This document shows, piece after piece, positions 14,548-27,299 of a DNA stretch of 64,000 bases. The position numbers and the translations under genes were made by a program. Location of the stretch: the NCBI RefSeq assembly GCF_009914755.1, contig NC_060927.1; one strand, 5' to 3'. The notes beneath the pieces are model-generated. The model did not search any database. It saw only the letters and a program-made list of their open reading frames with translations, and was not told where the DNA came from. Numbering within the stretch: position 1 is the first letter of the stretch; every line of letters begins with the position of its first letter. The stretch comes from the human T2T-CHM13v2.0 reference genome, Homo sapiens.

Positions 14548-14859
14548 ATTTACCCATCGGCCCATTGTTGTAGGCGTTGCGCAGTGTGTGGAGAAGGGAT
14601 CAGAGAAATAAGCTGGGTCAGAAGCCATCTTGAATTTGGATGGATGGTCTCTAAATACTTCCTCACCAACACTGCCCAGAGGGAATGGATTTGCTTCAAG
14701 TTAGCCAGAAGTCCTCCTGTCTCAGGTTGAAGGTCCATACATTTCTTGCAATGATCAACAGTTCTTATCTTTGCTTGATTGGTATCATCAAATTCAGGGC
14801 TGCTTTTTACTTTTCATCCCCTACCCTATCCCACTAACAGCCTGCTTTTTGCAGAAGTA

Positions 14860-15152
14860 GTGTGTGTGAGTTAACACCTCATGGAGCAATATCAGACTAA
14901 CGGAAATAGAAGCTGATGGATAAATGCTATCCTCTTCCATTCCTCAGGCACACCAATTCCAAAGCACATTCTATATGGCTCCTGAGAAAGTCTGAGCAGG
15001 CCCCAGTTACCCACAACAATGACCAATTCAGGAATATGTCTTTGTACAAGTTCCCCTTCCTATCCATTTCTTCCTCCCCTGTTTCCTATGCCTGTCCCTT
15101 GGGTAACTTCCCAAATTAAGCCACCTGAATACAAACTTTTCTCTTAGGTTTC
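14860..15152 (+). mobile_element. LTR16-family fragment (copy B)
   Basis: gagttaacacc...ggataaatgc...ccccagttacccacaac...cttcccaaattaagccacctg. Confidence 0.65.
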
Positions 15153-16571
15153 TTTTTTTCTTTTTTTTTTTTTCCAGATAGCAGCTCTTCTTTAAGAGTG
15201 TGGTTTGAGGTTTTGGCTGGTTTTTGTTTTCTTTCATCAAAAATGTCGTTTTCTTTTCTGTCTTCATTTTCCCTGTTGTTTGTATTTGGTTTAAGAGGAG
15301 AAGCAGACATGCTGATGCCTCCATGTTTTAATTATTATTGTTTTAAAAATCTTGGCCAGCTTGTATATCTCTGAATTCTCTATCTGTAAGGAAGTAAATC
15401 AAGTCCTGTGCTTTCTAGATTGCCATGCCTTAAACCAGCCTGCAATGTTTTCTTCCTCTTCTGTGGTGTCTTTATGAAGTCCCTGAGCATACAAAGGCAA
15501 CATTCCTAAGCAATTCAAGTCATTGCTAAATCACTACATTTAGGAGTCATGTATTCCTTTCTCTGTATCTGTCTTTCTCATACACAAATGAAAATAGAAT
15601 GCACATTAGCACACTAACGGCACATGGAAACGCAGTAACCCATTTTCGTTTGCAGCCTCCCCTTGAGTATCATCCAAGATCAAAGACATAGCTTTCTTGA
15701 AGGTGTTTTGTTTTTTGTTTTTTGTTTTGTTTTGTTTCTTAATTAAATCAGGCTTTGACCTTTCAAAACATTTGAATTATTTTCACCTAGGTATTTGCAT
15801 TGGGAGGCATAAATGGCTTTTCTATAGTCCAGAGCAGACTTGGCCCTAGTCATGCTCTGACCTGTCTCTGGGAAGCATATTTTCTGGCCAGCTGCACCTT
15901 ACTCTGGTACCTACTCTCAACATAGCATTTGTGAACCAACTCCCGGCCTAGGTTTCAGCCCCTCTAAGGGTAGAAAGCAAAGACTGGGACTCTTGTGAAC
16001 ATCCACTACCATGGGATGAAGGGAAAAGTCTTTGCCTCAGTGAGTAGGAAATGGCTTAGTTTGGGAATTCTTAGGCGAGAAGTGATCACGAGCTCTTCAG
16101 CTACCCAGTTTGGAAACCAGTGAATCCATATGTCTGGGGTATACTGAGATCCCGTGATACAGAGATGACTGTCTGAGTCTTTTGTTTTATGCTTTAATAA
16201 GTGGGGAAGACTAAGGAGGCCTGTTGTCATGGGCAGTGGTTGCTCTTGTCACACAGTGCACAGAAAACTATTAGAAGAGATGATTCTCCACCTACATCTC
16301 ATCGGCTTTGTGCCTATCCTTGCCTCTTCTGCACCTCATGGAAAGCAGGGTGGATAAGAAGCTACAGCTGGGACCTTTTCTGCAGCCCTGTCAGCCCCTT
16401 CCTGCATGTAGATTGAGGCCTGTGTCAATACTTAGTTTTTGCCCTGTGTGGGAATATATTCCTTAGGTCTCCAGCACACCTGAGATTCTCTACAAGGATC
16501 AGGGATATGTATTTGGTTGTCACTGCCTCTATGGAGGTGAAATCCACACTCAACATCCTTGGGGCTGGTGG

Positions 16572-16816
16572 GCATGGTGATTAGGGGTGGGAGTCTGGGT
16601 TGGACTACCTGGGTTAGAATCTTGGCTCCACCACTTGCTTCCTGTGCAATGTGTAAATTACTTCCTCTTATGTCTGTTTCCTTTTCAGTAAGGTGAAAAT
16701 AACATTAATAATGCCACCTCATAGGATTGTTGTAAATTAAATGAGATAATCTGTGCATAAAGCACAATGACTGGCATGTAGTAAGTGTTCCATAAATTTT
16801 AGTTGTTTTTATTATT
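16572..16816 (+). mobile_element. MIR
   Basis: ctgggttagaatcttggctccaccact...cacctcataggattgttgtaaattaaatgagataa...gtagtaagtg. Confidence 0.85.
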
Positions 16817-16854
16817 GCTATCAATCATCATGATTATCTGAGTGCAGAGTAATT

Positions 16855-16898
16855 GTGTGTGTGTGTGAGAGAGAGAGAGAGACAGAGAGAATGAGAGA
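16855..16898. repeat. (TG)n(AG)n compound microsatellite
   Basis: tgtgtgtgtgtgtgagagagagagagagacagagag. Confidence 0.85.
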
Positions 16899-17500
16899 AA
16901 CTGATTATTTGCAACTCAACACGGGGGCTAAGGCAGCATTTCAAGGCACCTTGTTGAGGCAGGATAGAGGCCAACGGAGGCTTTTGTAGAGAAATGAGGC
17001 TTGAGATGTTAGGAAATGTTGGAGAAGCAGCGAGCTGCACACTCAGACCCATATGTTGCCAAAAACTTCAACATTGCCCACCTGTTTGTATGATTTATAA
17101 GGAAAATGAAGTCTTTGTTTTCACCGCTATCTCCCCTACCTGCTCTACACACCTTCCTTTGCAGTCTGAGGGCTGTGTGTGTGCATGCATGTGTGTGCAC
17201 ACCCTTGAGGAGTGGGACTGGAAGCAGTGAATGGATGGTTGTGAACAACCCTAGCAAATCTCCAACAGAGACTCTCCCCACAGCTGGTGGACAGAGAACA
17301 AAAGGACAACAATAATGGGGGGTGGGGTGGAGCCAAGTTGTACTTGGACTTTGGTTTTGTGACCAATTATAAACTGGAAACATCATAGACTTCATTCATT
17401 CCATCTCCCCAGCAGGAGCAGATTGAGGTTATTGGTCTCAGCGTGTTGCAGATGTCTCCTCAGCATCTCAAATGGCAATAGGCTCAAATTACCTGTGTAA

Positions 17501-17952
<452 letters not shown>

Positions 17953-18279
17953 TGAGGAAAGCAGTGAAAAGGTGGAGAAAGTGATTGTGCCATTGTGGAG
18001 GAAGTTGGGCTGGTATTGAGTCTGAAGTATCTAATATTGGTCTCCACCTTGATCATCTTCACTTCTCTTGTCCAGGGCACTTGTCCCTGCCACTGTCCTC
18101 TGTGTAAGATGCTGCCTTGCTGGGTTTTGGGGGACAAACTTCTACCCTCACTGTGACTGCTGGGTGTTAGGTGTCCTCAGTAGATTGCCACAGAGGTGTG
18201 GCTGCCCCCCCGTGACTAACATCCAACACTGAGGCCCATGGACTTCTCCTTGGATTATTGTCCACCTCCCACATTTTTT

Positions 18280-18582
18280 CTTAATCAATTCCCACTCACT
18301 TATTGGGTCCCAGCCAAATAACCTTTCTAGTTAAAGCCTCCCTGCCCCCCAGACTAGTGAAGGCCTCTTTGGTATACACTCTCCTATCACTCTGCATTCT
18401 CTTTCATGGCATTTATCACAATAGTAATTACTCAATTATTTGTGTCATGCATAGTCTGATTACTCCATAAGGCCATAAAGTGTCATGAAGGTAGGGAGTC
18501 TGTTGACCCCTGAGGTGTCCTGAAGACTTAAACACAGTGCCTGGTTCATAACACCTGCTCAATGAATACATGTTCACTAAAT
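18280..18582 (+). mobile_element. L2 3' end
   Basis: catggcatttatcaca...catgaaggtaggga...acacagtgcctgg...gctcaatgaatacatgtt. Confidence 0.7.
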
Positions 18583-18632
18583 AGCTGAAAGAACCCTTTT
18601 GGGATTATCCTCCAAAGCAGGGTTTTGATATC

Positions 18633-18702
18633 AGATATGAGGGTCTCACTATGTTGCCCAGGTTGGTCTTGAACTCCTGGGCTCAAGCAATCCTCCTGTC
18701 TC
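18633..18702 (-). mobile_element. Isolated internal AluJ fragment (70 bp, no tail or TSD)
   Basis: gggtctcactatgttgcccaggttggtcttgaactcctgggctcaagcaatcctcc. Confidence 0.85.
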
Positions 18703-19164
18703 GTCCAGGAGTTGCGGTTTTAGGAACACATGTGCACTGCTTTCATATGCCTGTAAGACAAGCCTGGAGGGTTGGTTTTAACTACTTAAATCACCAATTG
18801 GTATTAATTCAATCTAATTAAATATCAGACTGATAGACCATATCAGCAATATACCCATCAACCAGCTCACCCATTATGCTTTAAAATTCTGCCAAAAACT
18901 TCCTAGGAATGATGGTTAAATGAAGTCACAATGATGCAAAATGGAACCATGAAAACACACGTTTTTTTATTAGCCACAACAGGGAGCATACAGATGAAAA
19001 ATACTCCTGAGGCTGGAATTCAGTGTCTTCCAGACTTTGTCAGCCATCCTGCAAATGCCAGAAACACAGAAAAAGATGTATGTACTGTAGCCTCCCAGTT
19101 GGTGTTTCTGTCTTCATTCTCTTCCTCAATCGTACTCATAGTCTTTCATCATTAATTCCCTGGT

Positions 19165-19679
19165 TGTATTAATTTCCTACTGCTGCTGTAACAACTTACC
19201 ACAAAACTGATGGCTCAAAACAACAGAAATTTATTCTCTCATAGCTCTAAAACCCAAAAAGTTCAAAATCAGTTTCACTGGGCCAAAATCAAGATATCAG
19301 AAAGGCCATGCTCCTTCCAGAGGCTCTAGGAGAGAATCTGTTTTCTTGCCTTTTCCAGTTTCTAGATGCTGCTCACATTGTTTGACTCATGGTGCCTCTC
19401 TATTTTCAAAGCCAGCAATGGTCAGTCAAATCTTTCTCATGCCACATCACTATGACATTGGCTCTTCTGCCTCCCTCTTCCACATTTAAAGGAAACTTGT
19501 GATTACATTGGGACTAGCCAGATAACCAAAGATAATTTCCTTATTTTAAGGTAAATTAATTGGCAATCTTAATTCCATTTGCAACTCCAATTCCTCTTTG
19601 CCATATAACATAACATATCCATAGGTTTCAGGGATCAGCACGTGGACATCTTTGGGTGACTATTATTTTGCCTACCACA
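19165..19679 (-). mobile_element. MLT1D-like solo LTR
   Basis: tgtattaatttcctactgctgctgtaacaac...cttgtgattacattggg...gtggacatctttggg..tattattttgcctaccaca; ~515 bp. Confidence 0.88.
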
Positions 19680-19704
19680 CCAACTTAAGTCTCACTTATT
19701 CTGA

Positions 19705-20580
19705 AAATAAAAAATAAAATTACTAAACTTAAAATTTTAAAAAAATCCATGGATGTGTTAAATGAAATATTAAACACAGTTGAAGCTAGAGTAAGTTAAT
19801 TTGAAAACATATTTGAAGAAATCATATCTGTAAATTCTGGATAAAGAAGTAAAAAATTATATACATCACATGAGGGCCAAGAAAAAGTTGTAATGAATAT
19901 CTAATAGGGGTTCCAGAAGGAGATAATAGAGTGAACTGGAGAGAGGTAATGTTCCTTGAGAGAATAGTTGAGACTAACCCTCAAATTCAGGAAATCCAAT
20001 GAATCCCAAGCATAAATCAGAAGAATTCATCATCTAGACACATCAAAGTGTAGATAATCTGCTTTCTCTCTTTTAAGATATTTTTCTTTCTTTTTCTTTT
20101 TTTGATGTTCTACAAAATTAAGGAACAACAATTAGACTGACAACTAACTTCTCAGCAGCAACAATGGAAGCTAGAAGAAAGTGGAAAGCTCTGTGTATTC
20201 AGAAGGAAAATAACTGTCAACCTAGAACTTTATGCTCAGAAAAAAACTGCCTTTCAATAATGAGAGATAAGTAGCCATTTATATATAAGAGAATATATTC
20301 TATCTCTCATTGAAAGAAGTTTGGAGAGATATTCTTAAGGAAGATGAGAATTGATTCCAGAAGGTAGGTCTGAGGTACAAGACAGAATGATGATTAAATA
20401 AATTGATAAATGTGTAGGTAAATATAAGTAATCATTGGTGTATGCAATAATAATAATATCTAATTTATTGAGTTAAAAAACAAAACAGGATAGAATTAAA
20501 ATATTGGACAGTAGCAGAATTGATGTGGTAAGAAGAGGTCATCTATGGATGATAGTTAAATCATTTTTAAATTGCTTGAA
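19705..20580 (+). mobile_element. Ancient L1M/HAL1-like ORF1 remnant
   Basis: ctaataggggttccagaaggag, attagactgacaactaacttctcagcagcaacaatggaagctagaaga, aataactgtcaacctagaa. Confidence 0.6.
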
Positions 20581-21699
20581 AGATGAGGCAGCTCAAACCT
20601 GAAATTTCAGGTTCTCAGCTGCACCTGCTACTGCCTCTAGGTGGCATGGAAACCCAACTCCTCCATTTCCCAGGTTGCCCTCACTCCTCACCTGGTCTCC
20701 TCAGCAACAGATGCTACTGACTTGGTTTCATGACCGCATGCCTTGATAGTTTCTCCTCTGAGTCTGCTCAAAATACCATTCCCAAGGACAGAAAGCTGTT
20801 GGTTCTCTTTGCTTGGTAACTGTGAGGATAGAATTCTTATACCCTAGGGGAAACTGTGGATGTCAAACTTCAAGGCAGGTCAGGAATGAACTTTGCATGG
20901 CCAGAAAGAGTATACCAAGGAGGTTCCAGAGAATAGGCCGCTTCCTTTCCTATGTTTGTATAACCAATAGCACCTGGTTTGTGAAGTAGCCAGTGAGCTC
21001 ATACACACTTCCAAACACTCACTGGCTTGATTACTGGGCCCTATCCCTGCTCCTCTTCCCACAAAAGAGGCCTCTCCTGGACTCAAAAGACCATTTTCCT
21101 GGCCATGGTGCTGCTGTCACCACATTCTCCTTCTCATGATCTGCTCCCTCTGTGCACATCCACTGTCCTGACTGCTGCTGGAAGGAGTCTCTTGGCTGCT
21201 ACCCAATGTGAGACTCCTTGAGGGATAGATGGTCATTCTTCAAGCCACAGTTGCCTTTGCCCAACATTCCCATTGTCACACTCCCCGGGGGACACATTTT
21301 ACTTCCAGGTGGGCTCTCTGTTCTTGGGGGGAGTAAAGGGGCTTGGCCCCTCCAAGCAGGCCAGACATCTGTCTCTGTGGTAAGCTAGCATGGCCATCAT
21401 TTTCTTTCTATTTTTCCTTTTCTCTGTGGGCATCAATGTCAGTAGGTGGGGTTGGATCTGCTCCTTGGAGCCAGCCGTTACAGATTTGATGAGGAGGAGG
21501 CAGGAGGTTTCTTTAAGCCCTGTGGCTGAACTCAATTTTACCAGGGAGCCCTGTGCTGATGAAGCCAGTAGCAGATTCTGGCCCTTATTAAAGTGATGTT
21601 CCCTCCCATTTGTGTGTTGGATCCAGCATCCTAGAGGGAGAGGAGCAGAAGATGGCAGCATGGGGAGTAAATGCTACCAAACCTGTTCAGAATTCAGGC

Positions 21700-21875
21700 T
21701 TTGAAGTCAGCAATCCTGGCCCCTTCCCTGTGAGGTGTACAGCTATGAGCAAGATACTTAACTTCTCTACGTGTCAGTTTCTCCTGATTTTGAAAGCAAA
21801 CATTAGTGTTGTTGTAAGGGTTAAATGAGTTAGAGTATGTAAAATGCTCAGTACTTTGTATGATTCATTATTAGG
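21700..21875 (+). mobile_element. MIR
   Basis: gcaagatacttaacttctctacgtgtcagtttctcc...gttgttgtaagggttaaatgag. Confidence 0.75.
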
Positions 21876-22039
21876 ATTCCCAAAATCAGATTTTGTAACA
21901 TTTTAGCCAGTATTTACAGCAATCAGTCTTCTATGAATCAATCCACATGGGTTTACTTTTTCCTCCAACTATGACTGAGAAAATTTAAGTTCTGAATCCA
22001 GAGACACTGATGACAAGTAAAATAAGAGTTCAGAAAGTA

Positions 22040-22270
22040 ATGGGGTGAGAGTTTTACTAGACCCAGATACACTAGCAGAATTTCAAGGAGTAGGAAGAAG
22101 AAGAGGGGGCATTCCAGGCAGCAGAAACATTGTGTGCAAAGGTGTGGAGGCAGGAAGGGCTGCTCGGAGCCATGAACAGACCTCTCTGGCTCAGGAGAAG
22201 GGCTAAGGGAGAGACAGGATTGAATGGCAAGCATGGGGCTGGCTTATGCAGAGGTCTGAAAACCAGGGAG
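22040..22270 (-). mobile_element. L2 fragment
   Basis: ggggcattccaggcagcagaaacattgtgtgcaaaggtgtggagg. Confidence 0.7.
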
Positions 22271-22344
22271 CAGAGTGCAAGCCCTCTGCAAGGGCTACAC
22301 AACAAGCAATAGCAGGTTCCTTAGTGAGGAAAAGATGAAGAGTA

Positions 22345-22746
22345 GATGCTGCTGGTGCCTTGTCCATATCTCCTTGTCCTACTGGACTTCAAAGTTCTCT
22401 GGTTGCAGGAGTGTGCTGGCCCACAGATGTTCCAGAGAGCTAATACCCACACGTGATTCTCAACTAGCGAGGGATGGGGTTTGGTGATAAATACCCCAGC
22501 TTCCTCACCCCATTGGAGGGACCATTTTGAGGTACGTCTCAGAGTCTCTCTGGAGTCCCCAACAGAATGGGGCCCTCATTGCCTACAGTTATTACCTACT
22601 CTTTACCACTCCTTTGATTGGCTTCTCTTCCTTCCCCATCTCATTTCCCCACTTCTTTACTCACTTCCTGGAATCATCTCTCAAATGAACAGCTTGCGCC
22701 CAAATGCTTGTCTTGAGTCTGCTTTGGGGGAACCCAAATTAAGACA
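22345..22746 (+). mobile_element. LTR16-family solo LTR (ERVL)
   Basis: gataaataccccagcttcctcacccc...cttcctggaatcatctctcaaatgaac...tctgctttgggggaacccaaattaagaca. Confidence 0.8.
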
Positions 22747-23892
22747 ATGAATGTGCATTTGGAAACAATTTGCCTGATGGTGTTTATAGGAGGGGCTGGA
22801 AGACCTGCTTGTATAGAATGGTTTGGATTTGTCCCAACAGATGGTCTCCTGTTGACTGTCCTCTGTATCAAGAAAACCATGAAAAGTAAACTCCAAGTAT
22901 TTATTTTATGAGGAAGTACAATAAGACAACAACAGAGTGGGTTCCAGTTCCAAACCAAGAAATATGTGTGAGGTGTTGCTGGGAAGGCCCCAGAATCTCT
23001 CTCTCTCTCTCTGCCTCCCTTTCCTGTTCAGAGAAAATTAGTCCATCTGTCATTTATGCCATGCCATGAGCCCTGCACTGGGGCTCAGGGTATAAATCCT
23101 TGTCTCTAAGGGTTCATGATCCCACAGTCTAGACTGATGACAGCAACTTACTCATGACAAAAGCTCTGCCAGGCCAGAAGTCATTGTAGACTCTGGAGGC
23201 CTTTGGCATTCTGAGGTGAAAAGTCAGTGGCACAGGCTTCTCAGGGCATCCCACTGTGGAGGGAGAAAAATGCAAGTACAACAGAATTTACTTCATTTCT
23301 CTTTGGTGGGATAGGCCTCCTGCCCCAATGCATCAGAGGCTCTTTCTGGTACCCAGAGAGCCCCTTGCCAAAGTGTTGGGGATGAGAGATGGCCCACAAC
23401 ATGCTGGCTAGATGGGTTCCTGAGTAGCCCAGCCAGAAGGTAGCAAGAAGGAGGGAGCCAGTGGAAATTTTCAGGAGGAGCAGAGGGAGTGGGGAAAGGG
23501 AAAGACAAGGCTTCCAAAAAAATTTGTACTTTGTATATCAAACTCCTCTTCTTGTATCCAGGAGGTGTGAATCTCTCCTTGGCAGTCTCAGATGAGCGCC
23601 TGGTTTCACCTGTGAGAATGAGAGTCTGTGGTGCACACACGACACCTGCACTTATCACATGGGTTCCAGTTAGGAGGAAAGGTGTGCACTTCTTATGTCA
23701 CTGCAAATGGGGGCTGCTTCTTCTTAAGTCTTCTAGCCCCCTCTTCTCATTTCTCAGTCTGTCCCAGGCCAGGGCAAGTGCTCTCCTTGTGTGGCCAGAG
23801 CACATTGCATGTCCTTCCATTCCAGCTTTTTGTCACTCTATAACTGCCTGTCCATGCTCCCCACTCATCCAAGTCCCTTTGAAAGCAGAAAC

Positions 23893-24298
23893 TGCACCAG
23901 TCAGCTATTGCTGCAATAATGCTACATAACAAATCACCCCCCTGAAGTTCAGTGCTTAAAACAATCTTTTTTTTTTTTTTTTGGTCTCAGTTTTGCGGGA
24001 CAGCTAGGCTTGGCTTCAAACTGTAGGTCGAATCCAGGTCTGCTCCACATGTCTCCCATCCTCCTCAGACCAGTGGCTACCTGGAGCATGGTTTTCTCAT
24101 AGTGAATGGCAGGAGCTAAAGAGGAGCCCACCCATGCAGGCACTTCTGAAGCCTCTGGTCACATCACATCCACTCACATCCTGTTGACCAAGCAGGTCTC
24201 ATGGCCATGCCCCAAGTCAGGGAGTCAATGAAGTACCTTATACCCAAGATAGAGGGGAGGGGAGTGAGGATGAGCTGAACAAAATCCAACCCCTCACA
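23893..24298 (-). mobile_element. MLT1I/J-like MaLR LTR
   Basis: agtcagctattgctgcaataatgctacataacaaatcaccc...caggtctgctccacatgtctc...catggccatgcccaagtca. Confidence 0.75.
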
Positions 24299-24509
24299 GG
24301 GGCCATGGAGTGTGTATTTTGGAAGCCCCAGTATTTCACATGAGACCTGCCACATGATAGGTATTTAGTAAATAATGAATGAATGAGTGAATGAATGAAG
24401 ACAAGCAAGAGTTGTGTTCTTTTTGCTACAGGTAATAAGGATATGGTACCTCACAGAATCCTGTCACAGAGAGATGGTATTAAATGAAAATAAGAGCTTA
24501 GTCTAGAGA

Positions 24510-24690
24510 GTGGATTCCCACTCTTCCCATAGTGACTATGGCTTTGCCAAGCTATTTGAGCTTCAATGGGAATAATACTCGCTTTATCCGGTTATTGTGA
24601 AAATTAAATGAGAACTCTATGTAAAACACTTAGCTCCATGTCTGGAATTTCATAAGCACTTGTAAATATTAGCTATTATTATTATTACTG
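24510..24690 (+). mobile_element. MIR (preceded by an L2 tail with (TGAA)n at ~24340-24398)
   Basis: ggttattgtgaaaattaaatgagaactctatgtaaaacacttagc...aaatattagctattatt. Confidence 0.7.
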
Positions 24691-25669
24691 CTACTATCTT
24701 GTGTTCTGCCAGTCAAGGGAAAAAATAAACTAAGATATTGTCAATTAAATGGAGTTGCTCCTGGTCTGGGCATTAACAGTTCCAACCTAACTCAGGTTTG
24801 ACAAGAGTCTTAACTGGCTCTTTAACAATCTAGACCTAGGAATTGTGGGAGGGGAAGAAGAATATGCATAATAATGGATGATGTGCAAGGGCCTAGATTC
24901 TCTCTCTCCCATTTGTGGGTATGGAGGGGTGGGCAGCCAGGGAACAGTTTGCCTAAGGACATCATAGGCACACCCTCTGCCCCAACGCCTGTTGCTAACC
25001 TGCAAGGGGCAACAGCATGAGTCTCTTGGGGCAGCTTGGTTAGAGACTATCCATGTCTGGAGTAGATGTGAAGATAGGGTGATGGTCCTCGTCGTGCGCC
25101 AGGTGCAAGTGGGCAGGATGACATTTCTGAGCCCCTGGCTGGGCTCCACCCATGTTTTCAAGTGGTGGGGACACCCTGTGCCTGTGGCAAATCCTGCTGG
25201 AGAGGTGTCATCCAGAAGAAGGTAAGGAACAAAGACCAGGGATGAGCTCCCTTCCTAGTATGGTAGAGTTAGGTGGATCCTGGCCAGCAGCTAGGCAGGG
25301 CAGACTGGGCTGCTGCTGTATCCACAGAAGACCATGCTCCTCAAGCAGGTTGGTGTGGCATGTGTGGATAGAGGGTAAAGCCAGCTGAACTGGGGTGGAG
25401 GTGATGAGCAGGTGGCTTCCTTCTGCCACACCCCCAGGGATGCGGGGTAATGCAGGCAATGAACATGATTCTGCCTCTGCCCCTTATGAGCTATATGGCA
25501 AGGGGCAATTTTTTTTTCCTTTCCCTGGGTCCAGTGCCCTCATCAGTTAGCAGGGGAGCTTGGGCCCCATACTTTTACTCAGCAACTATTACCTGAATAC
25601 CCGTGATGAGCCAGTTGCTGTTGTAAGACCCTGGAGATACACCTGTGAAGAGAACAAAGGTTATCAATA

Positions 25670-25830
25670 AATATTAGATTTGACTCAATATAACAGAAAC
25701 CCCAAGGAACAGTGCCTTAAACAAGGTAGCGATTTATTTATTTTTGTCACATACAGCAAGTCCGGAGACCTGCAGATAAGAGCTGGTATGGTGACTCCAC
25801 AGCTACCAGGGACCCAGGCATATTTTATTT
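25670..25830 (-). mobile_element. MLT1J/K-like LTR fragment (apparently resumes at ~31251-31310)
   Basis: aacagaaaccccaa..aacagtgccttaaacaag...cagggacccaggc; after the L1 block, aagatggctgcagtcatcctagccatca. Confidence 0.55.
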
Positions 25831-25845
25831 CTCTAGTATGATATT

Positions 25846-27299
25846 CTTTTTTAAAAAATATAATTTCAACTTTTATTTTAGATTCTGGGGGTATATGTGC
25901 AGGTTTGTTATATGGGTATATGGTATGATACTAAAGTTTGGGGTACAATTGAACCTGTCACCAAGGAGGTGAGCATAGTACCCAATAGTTAGTTTTTGAA
26001 TCCTTGGCCCCATTTTCCCTCCCCCGTCTAGTATTCCCCAGTGTCTATTGTTGCCCTCTTTATGTCCATGAGTACCCAATGTTTAGCTCCCTTATAAATG
26101 AAAACATGTGGTATTTGGTTTTTCATTCCTGCATTAATTCACTTAGGATAATGGCCTCCAGCCGCATCCATGCTGCTGCAAAGGACATGATTTCATTATT
26201 TTTTGTGGCTACATAGCGTTCTATGTTGTATATGCACCATATTTTCTTTATCTAATCCACCCTTGATGGGCACTTAGTTGATTCCATGTCTTTGCCATTG
26301 TGAATAGTGCTGTGATGAATGTATAAGTGCATGTGCCTTTTTGGTAGAACGATTTATTTTCTTTTGGAGATATACTCTGTAATGGGATTGCTGATTCAAA
26401 TGGTAGTTCTGAGTTCTTTGAAACATCTCCAAACTGCTTTCTACCGTGGCTGAACTGATTTACATTTCTACCAACAGTATATAAGCATTCTCATTTCTCC
26501 ACAGCCTCACCAACATCTGCTGTTTTTTGACTTTCAAATAATAGCCATTCTGACTGGTGTGGGGTAATGTCTCATCATGGTTTTGATTTGCATTTCTCTG
26601 ATGATCAGTGATGTTGGCATTTTTTCATATGTTTGTTGGCCACTTCTGTCTTCTTTCGATAAGTTCATGTCCTTTGCCCACTTTTTAATGGAGTTACTTG
26701 TTATTTGCTTGTTGAATTGTTTAAGTTCCTTATAGATTCTGAATATTAGACCTTTGTCAGATGCATAGCTTGTGAATGTTTTCTCCCTTTCTGTAGGTTG
26801 TCTGTTTACTCTGTTGATAGTTTATTCTGCTATGCAGAAGCTATTTAGTTTAATTAGGTCCCATCTGTCAATTATTGTTTTTGTTGCAATTGCATTTGAG
26901 GACTTAGTCATAAATTCTTTCCCAAGGCCAATGTTCAGAATGGTGCTTTTTAGGTTTTCTTCTAGGATTTTTATAGTTTGAGGTTTTACACTTAAATCTT
27001 TAATCCATTTTGAGTTAAATTTTGTTATTTTCGATTCTTACTTTTATTTTTTATAGTTCAGCTGGTTTCACATCAATTGAGTTAAATTTTATATATGGTG
27101 AATGGTAGGGCTCCAGTTTCATTCTTCTGCATATGGCCAGTGAGTTATCCCAGCACCATTAATTGAATAGAGAGTCTTTTCTCCATTGCTTATTTTTGCC
27201 AGCTTTGTCAAAGATCAGATAGCTGTAGGTGTGTGGCTTTATTTCTGGGTTCTCTATTCTGTCCATTGGTATATGTGTCTGTTTTTGTACCAGTACCAT
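25846..27299 (-). mobile_element. L1PA15/16-like 3' portion
   Basis: tttcaacttttattttagattctgggggtatatgtgcaggtttg...; reverse ORF2 3' sequence runs to tgtttttgtaccagtaccat. Confidence 0.93.

Noticed and set aside
20596-20613. Perfect 18-bp palindrome aacctgaaatttcaggtt
   Set aside because: About 0.25 such palindromes are expected by chance in 64 kb (4^-9 per position, more with AT bias); no further support.
24411-24437. Recursive splice site-like tttttgctacAG|GTaata
   Set aside because: Weak donor half and no evidence of a long host intron.
27060-27076. Similarity of agctggtttca to mitochondrial tRNA-Ser (NUMT)
   Set aside because: Only ~11 nt match; the TSD and A-rich tail fit retroposition better.
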